DNA of 64,000 nt from Naegleria gruberi (taxonomy: Eukaryota), in NCBI GenBank assembly GCA_000004985.1, contig GG738849.1; one strand, given 5' to 3'. Both the position numbers and the translations under genes were made by a program. Of this stretch, positions 47,210 through 60,133 are shown in pieces. The notes beneath the pieces are model-generated. The model was not told the origin of the DNA. It ran no database searches and saw only the letters and a list, made by a program, of their open reading frames with translations. Within the stretch, counting starts at the first letter, position 1. Every line of letters starts with the position of its first letter.

Positions 47210-50200
47210 TTATTGTAATAGATTTTGTTGACTGCTACCACTTTGGAGGGAAATATCAGATTCTGAACGACCAACTAGTCTACTAAAGGTTCTTGGATCG
47301 ACTGCTCTGGTTGGTAGTGATTGACTTGATGAAGAGACATCAGATTCCAATTTAATTTCATTTTCATCGACGAAAACTACTGCCTTATCACTCTTCTGCT
47401 TGGAGCTTGAAGAATTGGAGTCTTCTTCCTTCTTACTGAGATTTCCATTTGAATCAACAAAGGTTGGCTCGACTGGAATTGGTAAACCACGATCCATTAA
47501 TTCCACATCCCATAATCTATTATCATCATATTCGTCCAAGTCAACATCCAAAGATTCTCCTTCAATCTTCTTCAAATATTTAACGAAACGTTCCCATAAT
47601 TTAACCATTCCTTTCTTGAGTCTGATTTTGAGTGGAGCTTTTGTGGTTGTTTGTGGAACTGGTGTTTCAGATGGAATGTCAACTATAGTTGTGGCCGACT
47701 TTTCGGTGAGCTCTACTTGAGTAGTTTGAGATTTGGAGTTTTCTTCTTTGAGTTCAATATCATTGGAGGAGAGGAATGAATTATTGACACCAGCAGACAA
47801 TATGGCCTTTTGATTCTTTTGCTTTTCAGCGAGTTGCTTCTTGATTCTTCTATCTGCCAAATATTGAGATAAAAAGTCGAGAGCAATAAGTAAAATAATA
47901 GCTGCAGAACTGATTATAACAGATATAATACACAAATAACCAAGTGCTGAGCCTGTTGCTTCGTCTGGGAACTCATTGACATAGAAGAGCAATCCAGAGA
48001 AGAGTAAAAACTCAGTTGACAAGAGGACAATATACTCCATAACATTGTGGAATACTCTTCTGTATGGAACGTGATGGGTTTGCAAAATGAATGAAATGAA
48101 AATCACAAACATGGTGAAGAGAATGACAATAATTGGCCATGTGGAGAAGAAGATGATGGCTGCAGAGATGGCTAACTTTCTCAAAATTACAATAATTTCC
48201 CAGAACAATCTTCCATTTCTGAAACGAACGAACAAGAAACGGAATCTTGCATAAAATTTGTAACTCTTGGTAGCATCGTTCTTCTTCCAAATAATGTAAG
48301 CAAATAGGGCAATAGTTCCCAATCCAAAGAAGATGAATGTCAATAAGGCAAATGAAAAGTAGACCCACCAAGTATTCTCAAAACAATAAAGAGTGGTGTC
48401 AGCACTCACATAAAATCTCTTGACACCCTGATCCAAAACCTCTCTACAATCAAATATTTCAGCTGCCTTTGTAATAACAAAGACATAACTAAAACTAATC
48501 ACCACAATGAAAGTGTGAATAAATTTGTCACCATAGGCAATAATTTCTCTCTTGGATCTTGGAGTAAGGAAGTATCTCAAAATGTCTCTTCTAATTCCCT
48601 TCATAATTTTAATGAAAATATTCTTATGTTCAATGTTGAACCATTCGACAACCTTTGGATGTTTTCTTATGGCAGCTATGAACGGCAATTTGGAAAGAGT
48701 AACAGTTCTTAAGCATTCCAAACCAAATACAATAATCAGTAACACTGAGATGAATACAGGCATGGCAATGGTAAGACCCCACTTGAGTCCATATGTAATA
48801 ATCTCAATACATTCTGGAACGACTGATATTATTCAATTGAATTATTTTCTTAGGTTAAACAATTAAGATAATGATACTTACAAATATCAAGATTAAGATT
48901 GAAAAATTTCAAAGTGTCAAATGCCTGTTGTAAACTGTCAGGCCATTCAAAATTATACACTGTAAAAACGGCAATAATTTGGAAATAGCTGATAGCAATA
49001 CTAGCACTAGACAAGTGAGAAACCTTCAATTGAGCAAACTTGAACAAAACCAAAGCAATAATAATTACAACTGCAACAACAATCAAGAAACGCAATTGAA
49101 CATCAGTATTACACTCCTTACAAATGTCACCACTCTTAAAATACAATCCAGTAACACATGAAACGCATTTGATACCAGAATAACCTGTAGCACATCTACC
49201 TGCCAAAGTTAAATTACCAGGACATCTCAATTCTGCATTTGGTTCATCACATTTTACAATGACAATTTTTCCATTCTGAATTTTGGTTGTCTCTGCATCC
49301 CACCAATAGCCAGGTAATGGTTTTGGAAGAGAGGAGCCACCTTCACATGTTGCTCCAGTTGGGCATGGCCAACATTCAGCAGTTAGAATATCACTATCAT
49401 TTCTTCTGTAATAGCCCTTTTCACAGTCACAATTGAATTGAGAGCTTGATCCTGCAGAGAGGGTGGTTTTGAAAGCACCACATGAAACACATTTGGATTG
49501 AGCTGTCAAATTGTTATAACTTCCAACTTCACAAGGAATACAACTAAAGAAACCTTCTAATGGTTTATATTGGCCAATTGGACATTCAGTGCACGATTTT
49601 TCATAATCCTCAGCAGTGAAACCAACTGGACAAGCTTTAATAAAGATTGGATCTTTAGCATAGGCATATTGATAATTATTGCTATATTTTTGTACGAAAT
49701 TCAATGTGTGTGAATAATTTGAAAAAAACAACCTCTACTTACTATGACACTGAAACCTTGGCATATCCATCAGGATGTGAAGGACTTGTGCAATTAATTG
49801 CATAATCTTCCAAAAATAAACATTCCTCAGAGGATGTAAAATCTCCCAATTTGAAATAAATCTTTTCACTTGAACTGAACTTGGCTCCGGTTGACTTTGC
49901 TCTTACAGTTACCATATCACCACCTTTGGCTTCAATTTCTAATGGACTGACAGAATCAACAATTGGATTTTCAAATAATTCAAATAAAAATCCATCACTT
50001 CTCAAATTAGTTGTTGTTTCCAAGTAGATTTTGAAATTGGTCTTGTCTGGGAATGAGATTCTGGAATTGAATGGTCTAACATTGTAACTATCAATAAGTG
50101 ATTTTAAATCAGCTGCATTACATATACATCTGAATTCTGTACTAGATAGTCCAGAAGTAGCAGTATAATTTACACGAATGTTGGTATCAATTGAATACTC

Positions 50201-53096
50201 AAGCACACATCTCACAACATCAGTGGTAATACCTTTGAGAGTAACAGTGAAATATCCAACACCTTTAGAATCATCTGTTGGATTAATTGGTGCTCTACTT
50301 GGAATGGCTTGAACAATAACAGGTACTTCAGATTCTCTGACTGTAATCAAATAATCATTACCATCTTTCTTTGGATTATAAACACCAAATCCAAATGAAC
50401 CATCAAATGAAATACTGACATTGAATTTGAGTGGTAACAAGATACCAGAAGTGAAAACATTTGGAGAGGTACATCTGATTTCTGTTGAACTAAATCCAGA
50501 ACAATCAGAAAGGAATGAAATGGAACCAGTACTTTCTTGAAGAGCCAATTGTTCTTGAATTGATCTCTTTTGAATTTTAGTAGAGGCACTTCTGATATGT
50601 TGTCTATAGTTCTTTCTTGACATTTTGGCTAAAATTGATCTGGTATTAATTGAGTTTTGTTGATCTACTACAGTAAATTTGATCTTGATAGTTTCTGACA
50701 TTGGGAAGTTTGTACCAATAATTCTGAATTTGGATTCAACAGGTGAGATTGTATCATCTGAATATCCTGCTGGAATTGCTGTATTATTGACACCTAGATT
50801 GTACTGTTCAAACTTTGTTAATGAAATTTCACTTGGAATAATAACATTCAATCTTCTCACTCCATGATCTGTACTAAATGTTCCCAATTTACCATCAAAT
50901 GACAATTTCAAAATATATGTACCAGAAGCTGAAATGGTATTAGCAGAAACAGTTGAGAGAGCTAATTGTTTTGCATTGACATAGGTGGCTGTTCCCTCAT
51001 ATTGATCAATTAATTCTTGTCCAGTAGCAGGATCAATTTCTATCCATTTGTAATAAATTGTATTGCCTGGAGTTGGTTTTCCAAAACTATTGGAAGAGGT
51101 AAATATGGAAATTGCCACTTGATTCATACTATCCAAAAGAATAGTATCTGGATAAATTGTCTTGACAACTAGTGGTGGCATGAGTGAGAAACTATTACTA
51201 GTCCAATAAGCAATTGGCTGAGAAGTCTCATCTTTGGTAATTGCAATACCTACACGAATGTCACAATTAGCTAAGCAATCAAGAGGTGCAATTGTATCAG
51301 CTTGAGCCAAAGTACATGCACACAAAACATTCATTTTAGGCACCTGGTAAAAACTTTGCATATCACAAGAAATTCCATTCTTTCCAGCTTGAGAAATGTA
51401 TGAATAGGAACAAGAGATGATAAAAGCATTATTCAATATATTTGAGGTCGACAAGTAGAAGGTATAATTGAAGAGGGAAGGTACATAAATTTCCTCAATA
51501 TCTACAACATTGATTTTCAGATTGGAATAGACAGGACCATCTTTAAACTTGAAGGAGTACATGGCAGTAGGTGAATTAATTTGTGCTGTCAAGTACTGCC
51601 CATAGAGAATCTTTGGATTACCAACAATGGAGCCTGAACCAAGTGATTTCTGCTCTTGAAGACTTGCTGCCATAGTTGGAGTTCTCAAATAAAAATTTAA
51701 TTCCTGAGGAGGTGTAAACAAGTACTCAAAAGTTGAAGGACAAGGACATGATAATATTCTAGCATCACTTGCCAACCAATTACATGCCAATGAGTAGGGA
51801 GAATTTTTAACCTCCAACTCGAATAAACTCAATCTAACACTATTATTAGTGACCTCTCTGTAGAAATTGGTTTCTTGTGGAATGGTGAGTGTGAAATTAT
51901 TGAGTCCAAAAATTGAGCAGAAACTAGTACCATCATAATTAATAGTTGGTGGTACATTGAAATCATAAATATTCAGGTCCATATTGACAAATTGTGAATC
52001 AGCTCCTCCTTGTGAATATCCAACACTGGTTTTTCCATTCTTATAGGCACTATCTGAGCATGTAATTGTTGCCTTAACCAAAGTTTCAGAAACAATTGTA
52101 ACTTGAGAGCTAGAACTGTCTTTAAATAATTCAGAACTTTGGAAAATTGTTCCACAAATTTTCACAGTCAATGAATTGGTAGGAGAGAATAAGTAGCCAG
52201 ATGATGTAGAGTCTATTGAAAAGGTCAGTGTTGTAACTTCATTAAAACGGATTAGTGTTGGTGAAACCTTAATATTGGCACCTGAAATTGAATTGTAAAA
52301 TAAAATACCATCAGTTACAGGAACTGTAGTTGGACTTGCAGAGTTTGAATCCAAAACAACTTCAAAATCAATTTTTTTGTATCTATTTAAAGAATCATAA
52401 GAAGTCAATTGAAGCATACTTTGTGTATCTGAAGCAGGAATTGTAAAGTGATAAGAATTTGCACTTTTTGTTATGGAAAATGAATAAATTGGTGCAATTG
52501 AAGATCTGATACTATTTGACATTTTGTCAAAAAACATTGAAAATGTTGAAAATGAAATACTTGATGGATAATATTTCAATTCAAATTGTTGAGCAATATC
52601 TGTTCTGAGTTCTCTTCCATTAGGTGAAATGTACAAGTCAGAAATTACAACAAATGAATCAATTTCACTCGAAATTGTTTCACTCCCATTAACAATTGTT
52701 AAATTACAAAAACCAGTACCTCCAATCACAACAGTTAAAGAATTTTCACTATCAAAAACACAACCCGAAACATCCAATCTATCCGAAGTGCCTGTAACAG
52801 TGCTACAACCACACTTACTACCAATCGGATAGGTATTTTTCAAGTTGATGAAACGAGTAGTTGATGAATCGGATGATGGATAGTACAGAAATATTCTATT
52901 ATTTTCATCAAAGTCTGTTGTTAATATAGTTATATTCGAAATATAATGTTAATCCGATGACATGATTAGAACAAATTATTGATGAGATCCATTGATATGA
53001 TTAGACAACTTACTATAGGTTTCTTGTTGGTGTGTAAAGGAGAGTAAAATAAAAAGCAAAACTGAAAATAACAGTGTCAGTTTCAGACGTGTCATG
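47210..53096 (-). CDS. Large multi-pass membrane protein of about 1900 aa. It has a signal peptide, a roughly 1000-aa beta-rich ectodomain (IPT/TIG-like repeats), a Cys-rich GCC2/GCC3- or EGF-like module, about 8-9 TM helices and an acidic/Ser-rich cytoplasmic tail. Four exons: 53014..53096, 49743..52914, 48882..49681 and 47210..48823.
   Basis: Exon 1 'MTRLKLTLLFSVLLFILLSFTHQQETY' (cleavable signal). Introns are GTAAGT...AACAACAG (52915..53013), GTAAGT...AAATATAG (49682..49742) and GTAAGT...AATATCAG (48824..48881), all frame-consistent with ORFs 49742..52843, 48850..49731 and 47210..48763. The Cys module is 'CTECPIGQYKPLEGFFSCIPCEVGSYNNLTAQSKCVSCGAF...CWPCPTGATCEGG'. There are multiple hydrophobic helices after 'FLIVVAVVIIIALVLF'. 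Confidence 0.65.
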
Positions 53097-53349
53097 TTGA
53101 TGTGTATTTTGTTTTGAATATTATTATGACTCTTCTATTTCAAGGTGGAAAAATCTTGTTTCATCAACACTTTGGGTACGGTTGAAAGGACCAATCACGG
53201 TTGAATAATAATCAATTACAATTTCCTCCTTATTTTACATCAAAGTTCTACTAAACTTCCACTATGAATACGCCATTAATTGGTTTCAACATTGACATTA
53301 AATTGAGAAGTAGGGTTTTTAACTATAAGAGAAATAAAAAGAGAAATGT

Positions 53350-54939
53350 TTATTCCATATTGTTGTGTTGATGACGATGGGTGTAGTTTGTACTTGAAGA
53401 CTTTTTAGCAGTGAATTTATATTGAGCTGCAAATACATCTGATGGAATATCCTTTGCTCCTTCACGATATAAAACTTCTACAGTCCTTGATGTTGGACTG
53501 AATGGGAATGATTCAAGTAATGAAAATGCTTTCCAATCTTGATTAAATCGTAAATATGTTGCCAACATGGTATTATAAAGACGTTCTCTAAGGGATTCAT
53601 CTTGAATCTTGTCACGGAATCGGAAAAATACTCTCTCAGCTTCATTGAGATTACCAGTTATTGTGTATGCATAAATGATTTGATAGGCAGAATTTGAACC
53701 TCCTGTTTTGTCTATTATTATTCTTTCCAATTCTTTCAGTTCATTAAGCTTTTTTGAATCTGCAAGAGCAATCAATAAAATTCTATAAGAATTGATTGGA
53801 ATTTCATATCCATCCTTTAACAATTCAACATAGTAGTGATAGACCTTATCTAATTGGTTCTTGTTAAAGTAATAATAGAATAAGAATGAATAAATGGAAA
53901 CTGAAGGTTTAACCTTATCCTTTCTCATATGACTGAATAAAAATGAAATTAAATCATTTCTATCTTGATTACAGGCAGCAGAAATTAAAATTGTATATGT
54001 TGAGGTCATTCTCTTAATACCCATATCAGGCATTTCATGGAAGAAACGAAGTGCCAAATCAATATTATTGTTTTTAACGTGATGATTAAGAATTGGAGCA
54101 AAGATATCGGCTGTCAAGTGCTTTGAACCTTGCAATTTGACAGTAATTTCGTGAGCTTTTTCCATCATACCTACATTGACATAGGCATAAACAAGGGAAG
54201 ACCAGTGTCTACCATTTGGATTTTGTAATCTAGAAAAGAGAGCTTCAACTTTTTCAATATCCTTCATTCTTGCATAAAGTGTAATTCCTGTATGGATAAT
54301 ATTTTCGTTATTATTATCCTTAACATTTTCAAAAATCTCTAATGCTTCCTTGATACATCCTCTTTCTTCATAAAACTTCATCAAAACTCCATAAACTGAT
54401 GATCTTGGCAATTGTTTGATTGATTTAATATTGTCAAATAAATGTTCTTCTGAAACTCTACGATTAAAGATACATAAATCTGATAATTGTTTAAATACTT
54501 CCGATTGTAATTCAGGTGAAGCATCTTCTTGTCCATTCTTCTTGACATATTCTAAAATCTCGTTTAATACTTTAACGTTTGGAGTAAATGTATTGGTGTG
54601 TTTAATGGCAGAATCAAATATAGCTGTTTTTAATTCATTAATAGATGATTCTTTAGAAACTTCCTCTAGAAGAAAATCATCAACAAAAACATCTCCGATA
54701 GTAGGAGCTGGTGTTGTTGGTAAAGAAGTTTCTGTAGTACTATTTGTTATTGCTTCAACTTCCTCACTAATTGGTGTGGTGCTATTGTTCATTCCTCTCA
54801 TAATAGTGTGATATTTGTTATTAGTAGATGAAACAAAGCAACTTTGAGTGCTTTTGGAAAAATTCATGAATTTATATTGTGGTAGAGCACCTCTCATCAC
54901 AACTTTGGAGACAATTCTTGGTAATTGTGACGCTCTCAT
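53350..54939 (-). CDS. Pentatricopeptide/TPR-like repeat protein, probably mitochondrial.
   Basis: Repeated 35-aa helical-hairpin units ('YNTMLATYLRFNQDWKAFSLLESF', 'IIYAYTITGNLNEAERVFFRF', 'YTILISAACNQDRNDLISFLFSHM'); N-terminus is presequence-like; true ATG at 54937-54939. Confidence 0.5.
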   Translation of the reverse strand: MRASQLPRIVSKVVMRGALPQYKFMNFSKSTQSCFVSSTNNKYHTIMRGMNNSTTPISEEVEAITNSTTETSLPTTPAPTIGDVFVDDFLLEEVSKESSINELKTAIFDSAIKHTNTFTPNVKVLNEILEYVKKNGQEDASPELQSEVFKQLSDLCIFNRRVSEEHLFDNIKSIKQLPRSSVYGVLMKFYEERGCIKEALEIFENVKDNNNENIIHTGITLYARMKDIEKVEALFSRLQNPNGRHWSSLVYAYVNVGMMEKAHEITVKLQGSKHLTADIFAPILNHHVKNNNIDLALRFFHEMPDMGIKRMTSTYTILISAACNQDRNDLISFLFSHMRKDKVKPSVSIYSFLFYYYFNKNQLDKVYHYYVELLKDGYEIPINSYRILLIALADSKKLNELKELERIIIDKTGGSNSAYQIIYAYTITGNLNEAERVFFRFRDKIQDESLRERLYNTMLATYLRFNQDWKAFSLLESFPFSPTSRTVEVLYREGAKDIPSDVFAAQYKFTAKKSSSTNYTHRHQHNNME

Positions 54940-55097
54940 TTTTTTTGAAAATCAAATTCTAAAATTGATTGAACAATAAATAATTATTCGACATTCAATG
55001 AATTGGGAGCAATAACAAGTTCTTTGTAAATAATTGGAAAATCAAGAAAAGATAATATTTTTAATAGAATGCAATGATTGGATTTCTTGATTTTTCA

Positions 55098-56776
55098 TTA
55101 GTAGTCTTGGGATGATTCGAGTAATTCTCTTTTCATTCTATTAATGTCCTCAATAGAGAACCCTTCATTCTCATCCTCCCTCTCTTCTTCCAATGACGAG
55201 TTTGGTGAATGAGCTTGAATCCTTGAATTTTCTCGTTTCTTATTTTGTGAAGCTCTCTTCACTTTGCTTGTCTTTTTCCAGTAAGCATTGTAAATGTCAT
55301 TCAATAATCCCCAAATTGTGTCATAATCTCCTGAAATAACTTCTTTCGTGGACCACAAGAAACGAAGCTCAATTGTCTTGTTATCCCTTAATACTGAAAA
55401 CACCCGTTCCAAATTATTGTGCATGGCCGCAGTAGTTTGAGGAAGTCTGCTAATTCCTTTCATTTTTCCCTCTCCTTCAATTCGAGCAACTATTTCTGCA
55501 AATTTTAAGCCAGTCCTCAAATCATTTTCGCATTGAATGTTTGAATTGAATTCGATACCTAAATCGTATTCAATCCACCGGGCAATATGTTTAAATTTCT
55601 CCATAGAGTTCTCGTCTAAAATTTGTGGCTCATTATTCTTTTGTACAAATGATTTTCTCTCTGCTCTCATTGGCTGCTCTACTTGCTGATGAGTTACCTC
55701 AGGTTCCTCCTCTTCCTCTCGATCCACATTTGGTTTCCTTGTAGGAATGAAAATTCGTTTGCTTTGGGTATGTCCACTTGTTTTTGAACTGGTTTTGGTT
55801 GCGAAGTAATTGCAAGATCTTCAGTGTTGGTTTGGGAATTGTAGAGTGGAGCAGAGACTGGTGCACTTGGTTGATTGGAAGAAACATTCTTGATATTTAG
55901 TTTTGGAATGGAAGTAGTTGGTTTAAAAGGCAAGTTCGATTTTCTTGGTTTGTTTGCTGATACTTGTCGATTCTTCCAGTCCAAGTCCAGATTTCTTCTA
56001 TTATCCAATTCCCCCAGGAATCTTGTCCTTGTAGATTCTTCATCTGCAATAAGAGATTCCTTTTTAATATACACTGATCTCATTACTGGACCAATAGAGG
56101 GCCTTCTATCAATATCCATATCCCCATTTGAATCGGATTCCAATACATTAAGGGGTTGAGATTTTTTCATATCATTCATTTGATTTCTCCTTGATGTATT
56201 ATTATTAATTGGTGGATCGTCTTCCCACGACACCTTAGGTTTTGTTGACTGTTTTTCTTGTTCCTGTTTCTTGCTTGTTGTATCCAATATTTCGTCCTGC
56301 TGTGGTTGATGATTTGATTTTGATGAACTAAAACTTTGACGTTGTTTCTCCAATTCTACTTGATTTTCGAAGTGTTCTTTGAGGAATCCCACTGATATAA
56401 CAGTTCTAATCGGAGGTGTACACTGAGGTCTCCTCCTTTCTCTTCCTATTAATTTGTGGTAAAATCCAGAGAAGGTAGTATTTAGGGAAGAATTGGTAGT
56501 ATTGATAGTTGATTGTACATTGTGAAACCTTGAAGAAGAAATTACTTCTTCCTCTTCATCCTCTGAGGATTCTGTATTTTCTGTATTAGGTTGTGCATTT
56601 GTTGATTTATCAACTTGTTGAAATGAAGGAAGGGAAGATGGATCACGATAAATAGAGGGATTTGCAAACTTTGATTTGAGGGCTGTTATTCCGTTCTGTG
56701 TCGATGAATTATTGCCAAGCACAATTATTTTGCCCTTAGAAAAACTCGTGCTCGAACCAAGATGAGCAGTTTTCAT
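55098..56776 (-). CDS. Hypothetical S/T-rich protein with a C-terminal calponin-homology-like domain. Two overlapping ORFs (55694..56800 and 55098..55727) in different frames, so either a frameshift or two tightly packed genes.
   Basis: The C-terminal ORF 'EKFKHIARWIEYDLGIEF...LRTGLKFAEIVARIEG...NLERVFSVLRDNKTIELRF...DTIWGLLNDIYNAYWKK' resembles Hook/SPEF-type CH domains. The upstream ORF stops 23 nt before the first ATG of the downstream ORF, on the same strand. Confidence 0.3.
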
Positions 56777-57145
56777 ATTCTTTTTTGTGATGATTTTCAA
56801 AATTACGAGTAACGTTCAAATGTTGTGGCTTCTCTGTTTAGTAAGTTCTTAATGGGAAAATTCACTGCTGTGAAGATGGTGCTATTTGTCTGGTACCCAA
56901 ATCAAATTTAAGCAAACAGGTCATGAATTCCTCATATTTATCTATTGAAAAATGTTCCATTGGAAATAATTCTTCTTTTATTGAGGTTTTTTAATAGTTA
57001 TGTACACAACAATTTTAGGCGCCAAATAATTAAAAAACATGGGATTGCATTAAAATCGTAACTTAATCAATTAAAAAAAACATCAACACACTTTTCCGCA
57101 CCAACTGATTAGAGTGTTGTATTTTTGCTGTTGCTGTTGTATTTA

Positions 57146-58593
57146 AATTCGGAAATGAAGAGAAGATTATTAAAAGTAGTGGAGCATGATCCCGATACTA
57201 ACAAGGATGAGTTGGAATATCGTAAAATCTTGATGGAATTCCAAAAAAAGAGCAAGGAATGTGAGAATGATTCTGCTGGGGATATGTTGAGCAAATTTGG
57301 ATTGGATGAAAATTACAAGATTATCAGTCCAAAATATGGTGTGGTTTATACAAAAATTAAATATGGATTGTTTATAATTGTTGGCTTTGCATTGAGTTTG
57401 ATTTATCAATCAAACATGAAATATTTCAATCCAATATTGAAGAAAACTGGCGTTTATGCTGGTGAGGAGGACGTTCCAGTGATAATACACTTTTTATCCT
57501 TGTCATTGACAGTAAGTTGACCACACATTAATAGGATCCTTGAATGAGTTTAATTTTTCTCAAACTTAAATAGTTATTTTTTGGATTTCATGCTTTATTG
57601 TGCTCTCCACTTTTGGGATCAAAACATAGAAATAAGAATGATTACCAGAACAAGTATTTTTTGGGTTTCAAGATTCCATTATTTGTTATTTGCTTGATAG
57701 CTCCATATTTCATTGTACCAGAGTTTGTGATTAATGTTCATGTTTACATTTCAAAATATGTCATGTTCTTCTACTTGTTTTTGAGTACAATATTTATCAT
57801 TGATTTTGCTTACCGTTGGAGTAGAGCTTGGCATGATGAAGATGATTGGAGATGGGATACTTGTTTGATTTCTATTTCGTGTGTATTTATTATTTTGTCA
57901 CTTGCCATCTATGGTGTCTCTTTCGTAAGTATCAAGTAGAATTTACCATCGTTATCGACCATTACAATAGTTTAATAGTGGATTTAAGAATTCTGGATGT
58001 CTCCTCAATTTTTATGTTACTGCCTTTACATGCTTATTGTCACTAATTTTACTAATTTCATCCCTTTTCACAGAGCATGCCTCCTTATTTAGTGGAAGTA
58101 TGATTACATTCTATATTGCAATCACTTCTCTCAATGTATTAATGAGCAAACCAATGCCAGAAAAACAATGCTCATTCTCCAATACTTATCCTGTAACTAT
58201 TGCTGTAAGTAGTGGTTTTACTAGTTGTGTATTAAGTGAAATATTTGTTATTTATTCGAATAGGCCATGGTATTTGCTCTCTTCTCAATCATGTATAGTG
58301 CCATTTATTCCACTACTGGTCTCCAATTCCTGGCCCACTTTTTATGGTACGGTGAAGAGCCAGAGGAAGATGAGGAACATGACTTTGTTAAGGATGATAA
58401 GGCTCTCAATAATAGTTACTTCTTCTATCATTCCTTCTTGACAGTTTGCAGTTTTTACTTGACAAACTTTTTCCAACAATATCAAGGATGGAATGAGCTT
58501 GGAATTCAGGCATTCCTCTTACTTTTCACAATGGCTCTTTATGGATGGTCCTTATTGGCCCCATACGTATTGTATTGGAGAAGATTTGACTAA
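57146..58593 (+). CDS. Serine incorporator (SERINC/TMS1) family membrane protein. Four exons: 57146..57511, 57574..57924, 58076..58204 and 58264..58593.
   Basis: 'KHRNKNDYQNKYFLGFKIPLFVICLIAPYFIVPEFVINVHVYISKYVMFFYLFLSTIFIIDFAYRWSRAW' parallels SERINC ('HNGFWFFKF...ILIQLVLLIDFAHSWNESW'). The C-terminus 'NNSYFFYHSFLTVCSFYLTNFFQQY...WSLLAPYVLYWRRFD' parallels the SERINC end ('[25 protein letters not shown]...WTLVAPLVLTNRDFD'). Introns are GTAAGT...AAATAG (57512..57573), GTAAGT...CACAGAG (57925..58075) and GTAAGT...TCGAATAG (58205..58263). The N-terminal exon assignment is less certain. Confidence 0.65.
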
Positions 58594-58666
58594 TTTTCTA
58601 GATTTGCAATTCACTCAATATAACTTACAATAAAAAAGGAATGTTTTTATAGACTTTAAATGATTA

Positions 58667-60020
58667 TTAATCAAAGAATTTACCATCAAAAGTATCAAAC
58701 CAACCCGATTGAATTCCAGCAAGAGTTCTCAGCATGAACCATCTAGCTGGCTGTATATTACATAATGGACCCATTACTATGTCTCTCATATACGAAACTG
58801 AATGAAAGTTGCTTTGGAAGAATGGTGTTAAAATTCTTGAAGCTAATCTATAACCAATTACATGGCTCATTCTTTTATCTCTATACTCGGCCAGAGCTTG
58901 TTTGAGAGAATAATTGGATTGAGCTTGTTTCGAATAGAGAGGCGTCTTTTCGAGACACTGATTCAAAACATGAGCATCCACAAAAGCCAATGAACATCCT
59001 TGTCCCAATTGAGGTGAGGTTCCATGACAATAATCTCCAATAGTTACAACTCTATCAGTTACCCAATTATCAGGTGACATTTGAACATCATTATAAGTTG
59101 CATAGGTCAATTGATCCTTTGAAGTAATTTGAGAAATGAATGGTTCAAGCGAGGGCCAAAAATCAACCAAAGATTGTTTCCACTCCATAAAATCAATTCC
59201 ATCTCTACTTAATTTTTGGAATTCCATATAATCCTTCTGTGTCAAACTCCAAAATATACTCACTAGATTATCCTTAGGTGATGAAATGCATTTTCCAATT
59301 GGTAATAATCCTGACATTTTGTTGGCATTTCTGTATTTTTGATAGAGGGTTCTATCATTGGAGTATCCAGTGTTATCAATTGCATTTCCCCATAAACTTC
59401 CAAATTCATAAGGTTTGGCCAATCTATTTTCAAAATTACCCAATTTGGAATGTGTTCCAGTGGAAATAATTACCATATCATAATACTGATCCAACAATTC
59501 ATGTTTTCCTTCTGGAGTTTTAAAGTATAATCTTGCCGAATCTTGATTCTCCTCAATCTTACAAACTTCCATACCACATTTAACATTAATATTAGGAATA
59601 TTCGAAACTTGATTAAATAAAAGTTCAAAAAGTGTGCCTCTATGTATTCCCAGTCCATAATATCCTTCTCCCAGATATTTATACTGTAAATCTAGAACAC
59701 ATTTATGGACTTGTTGTGAAAATTTCCATGGTTTTCCAAAATGACGATCCGTATGACCGTACAATCGATCAATTCTTTGTCCATACTCGAGAGCTGATTC
59801 CAATAAACCCAATTCTTTCATTACTCTCATACCAGTTGGTTGGAGGAGAATGCCAGATCCAATTGGTTTGGCCATTGGAAATTTTTCGAAAATATCAATG
59901 GAGTGTCCCACTATTTTGTTGGATGATTAGATGATATTATTTCAACAACAACATACGCTTTGATGCAAAGAGACTGAAAGCGGGTCCCGCTGTGCCAAAA
60001 CCAATCACAGCTATTTTCAT
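58667..60020 (-). CDS. FAD-dependent monooxygenase (PHBH-fold aromatic hydroxylase family). Two exons with a 46-nt intron (59911..59956).
   Basis: Exon 1 'MKIAVIGFGTAGPAFSL' (GxGxxG dinucleotide-binding fold) joins via GTATGT...AAAATAG to ORF 58667..59911. That ORF carries 'GDYCHGTSPQLGQGCSLAFVDAHVL' (the GD.AH...GQG motif of flavin monooxygenases). Confidence 0.65.
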
Positions 60021-60133
60021 TTTTTTAAAATTGATTTTGCTGTGTTATCTGGAGTGGAAGTATTGACATTATGATAATATTATTGAACTTGGTTCAATGT
60101 TTAAATTTTGATTGAATTACAATATAATAAAAT

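Noticed and set aside
46969-47274. ORF 46969..47274 (-) overlapping the 3' end of the large membrane-protein gene
   Set aside because: It is in a different frame from the well-supported terminal exon ending at 47210, and its translation has no features. It is probably 3'UTR or intergenic.
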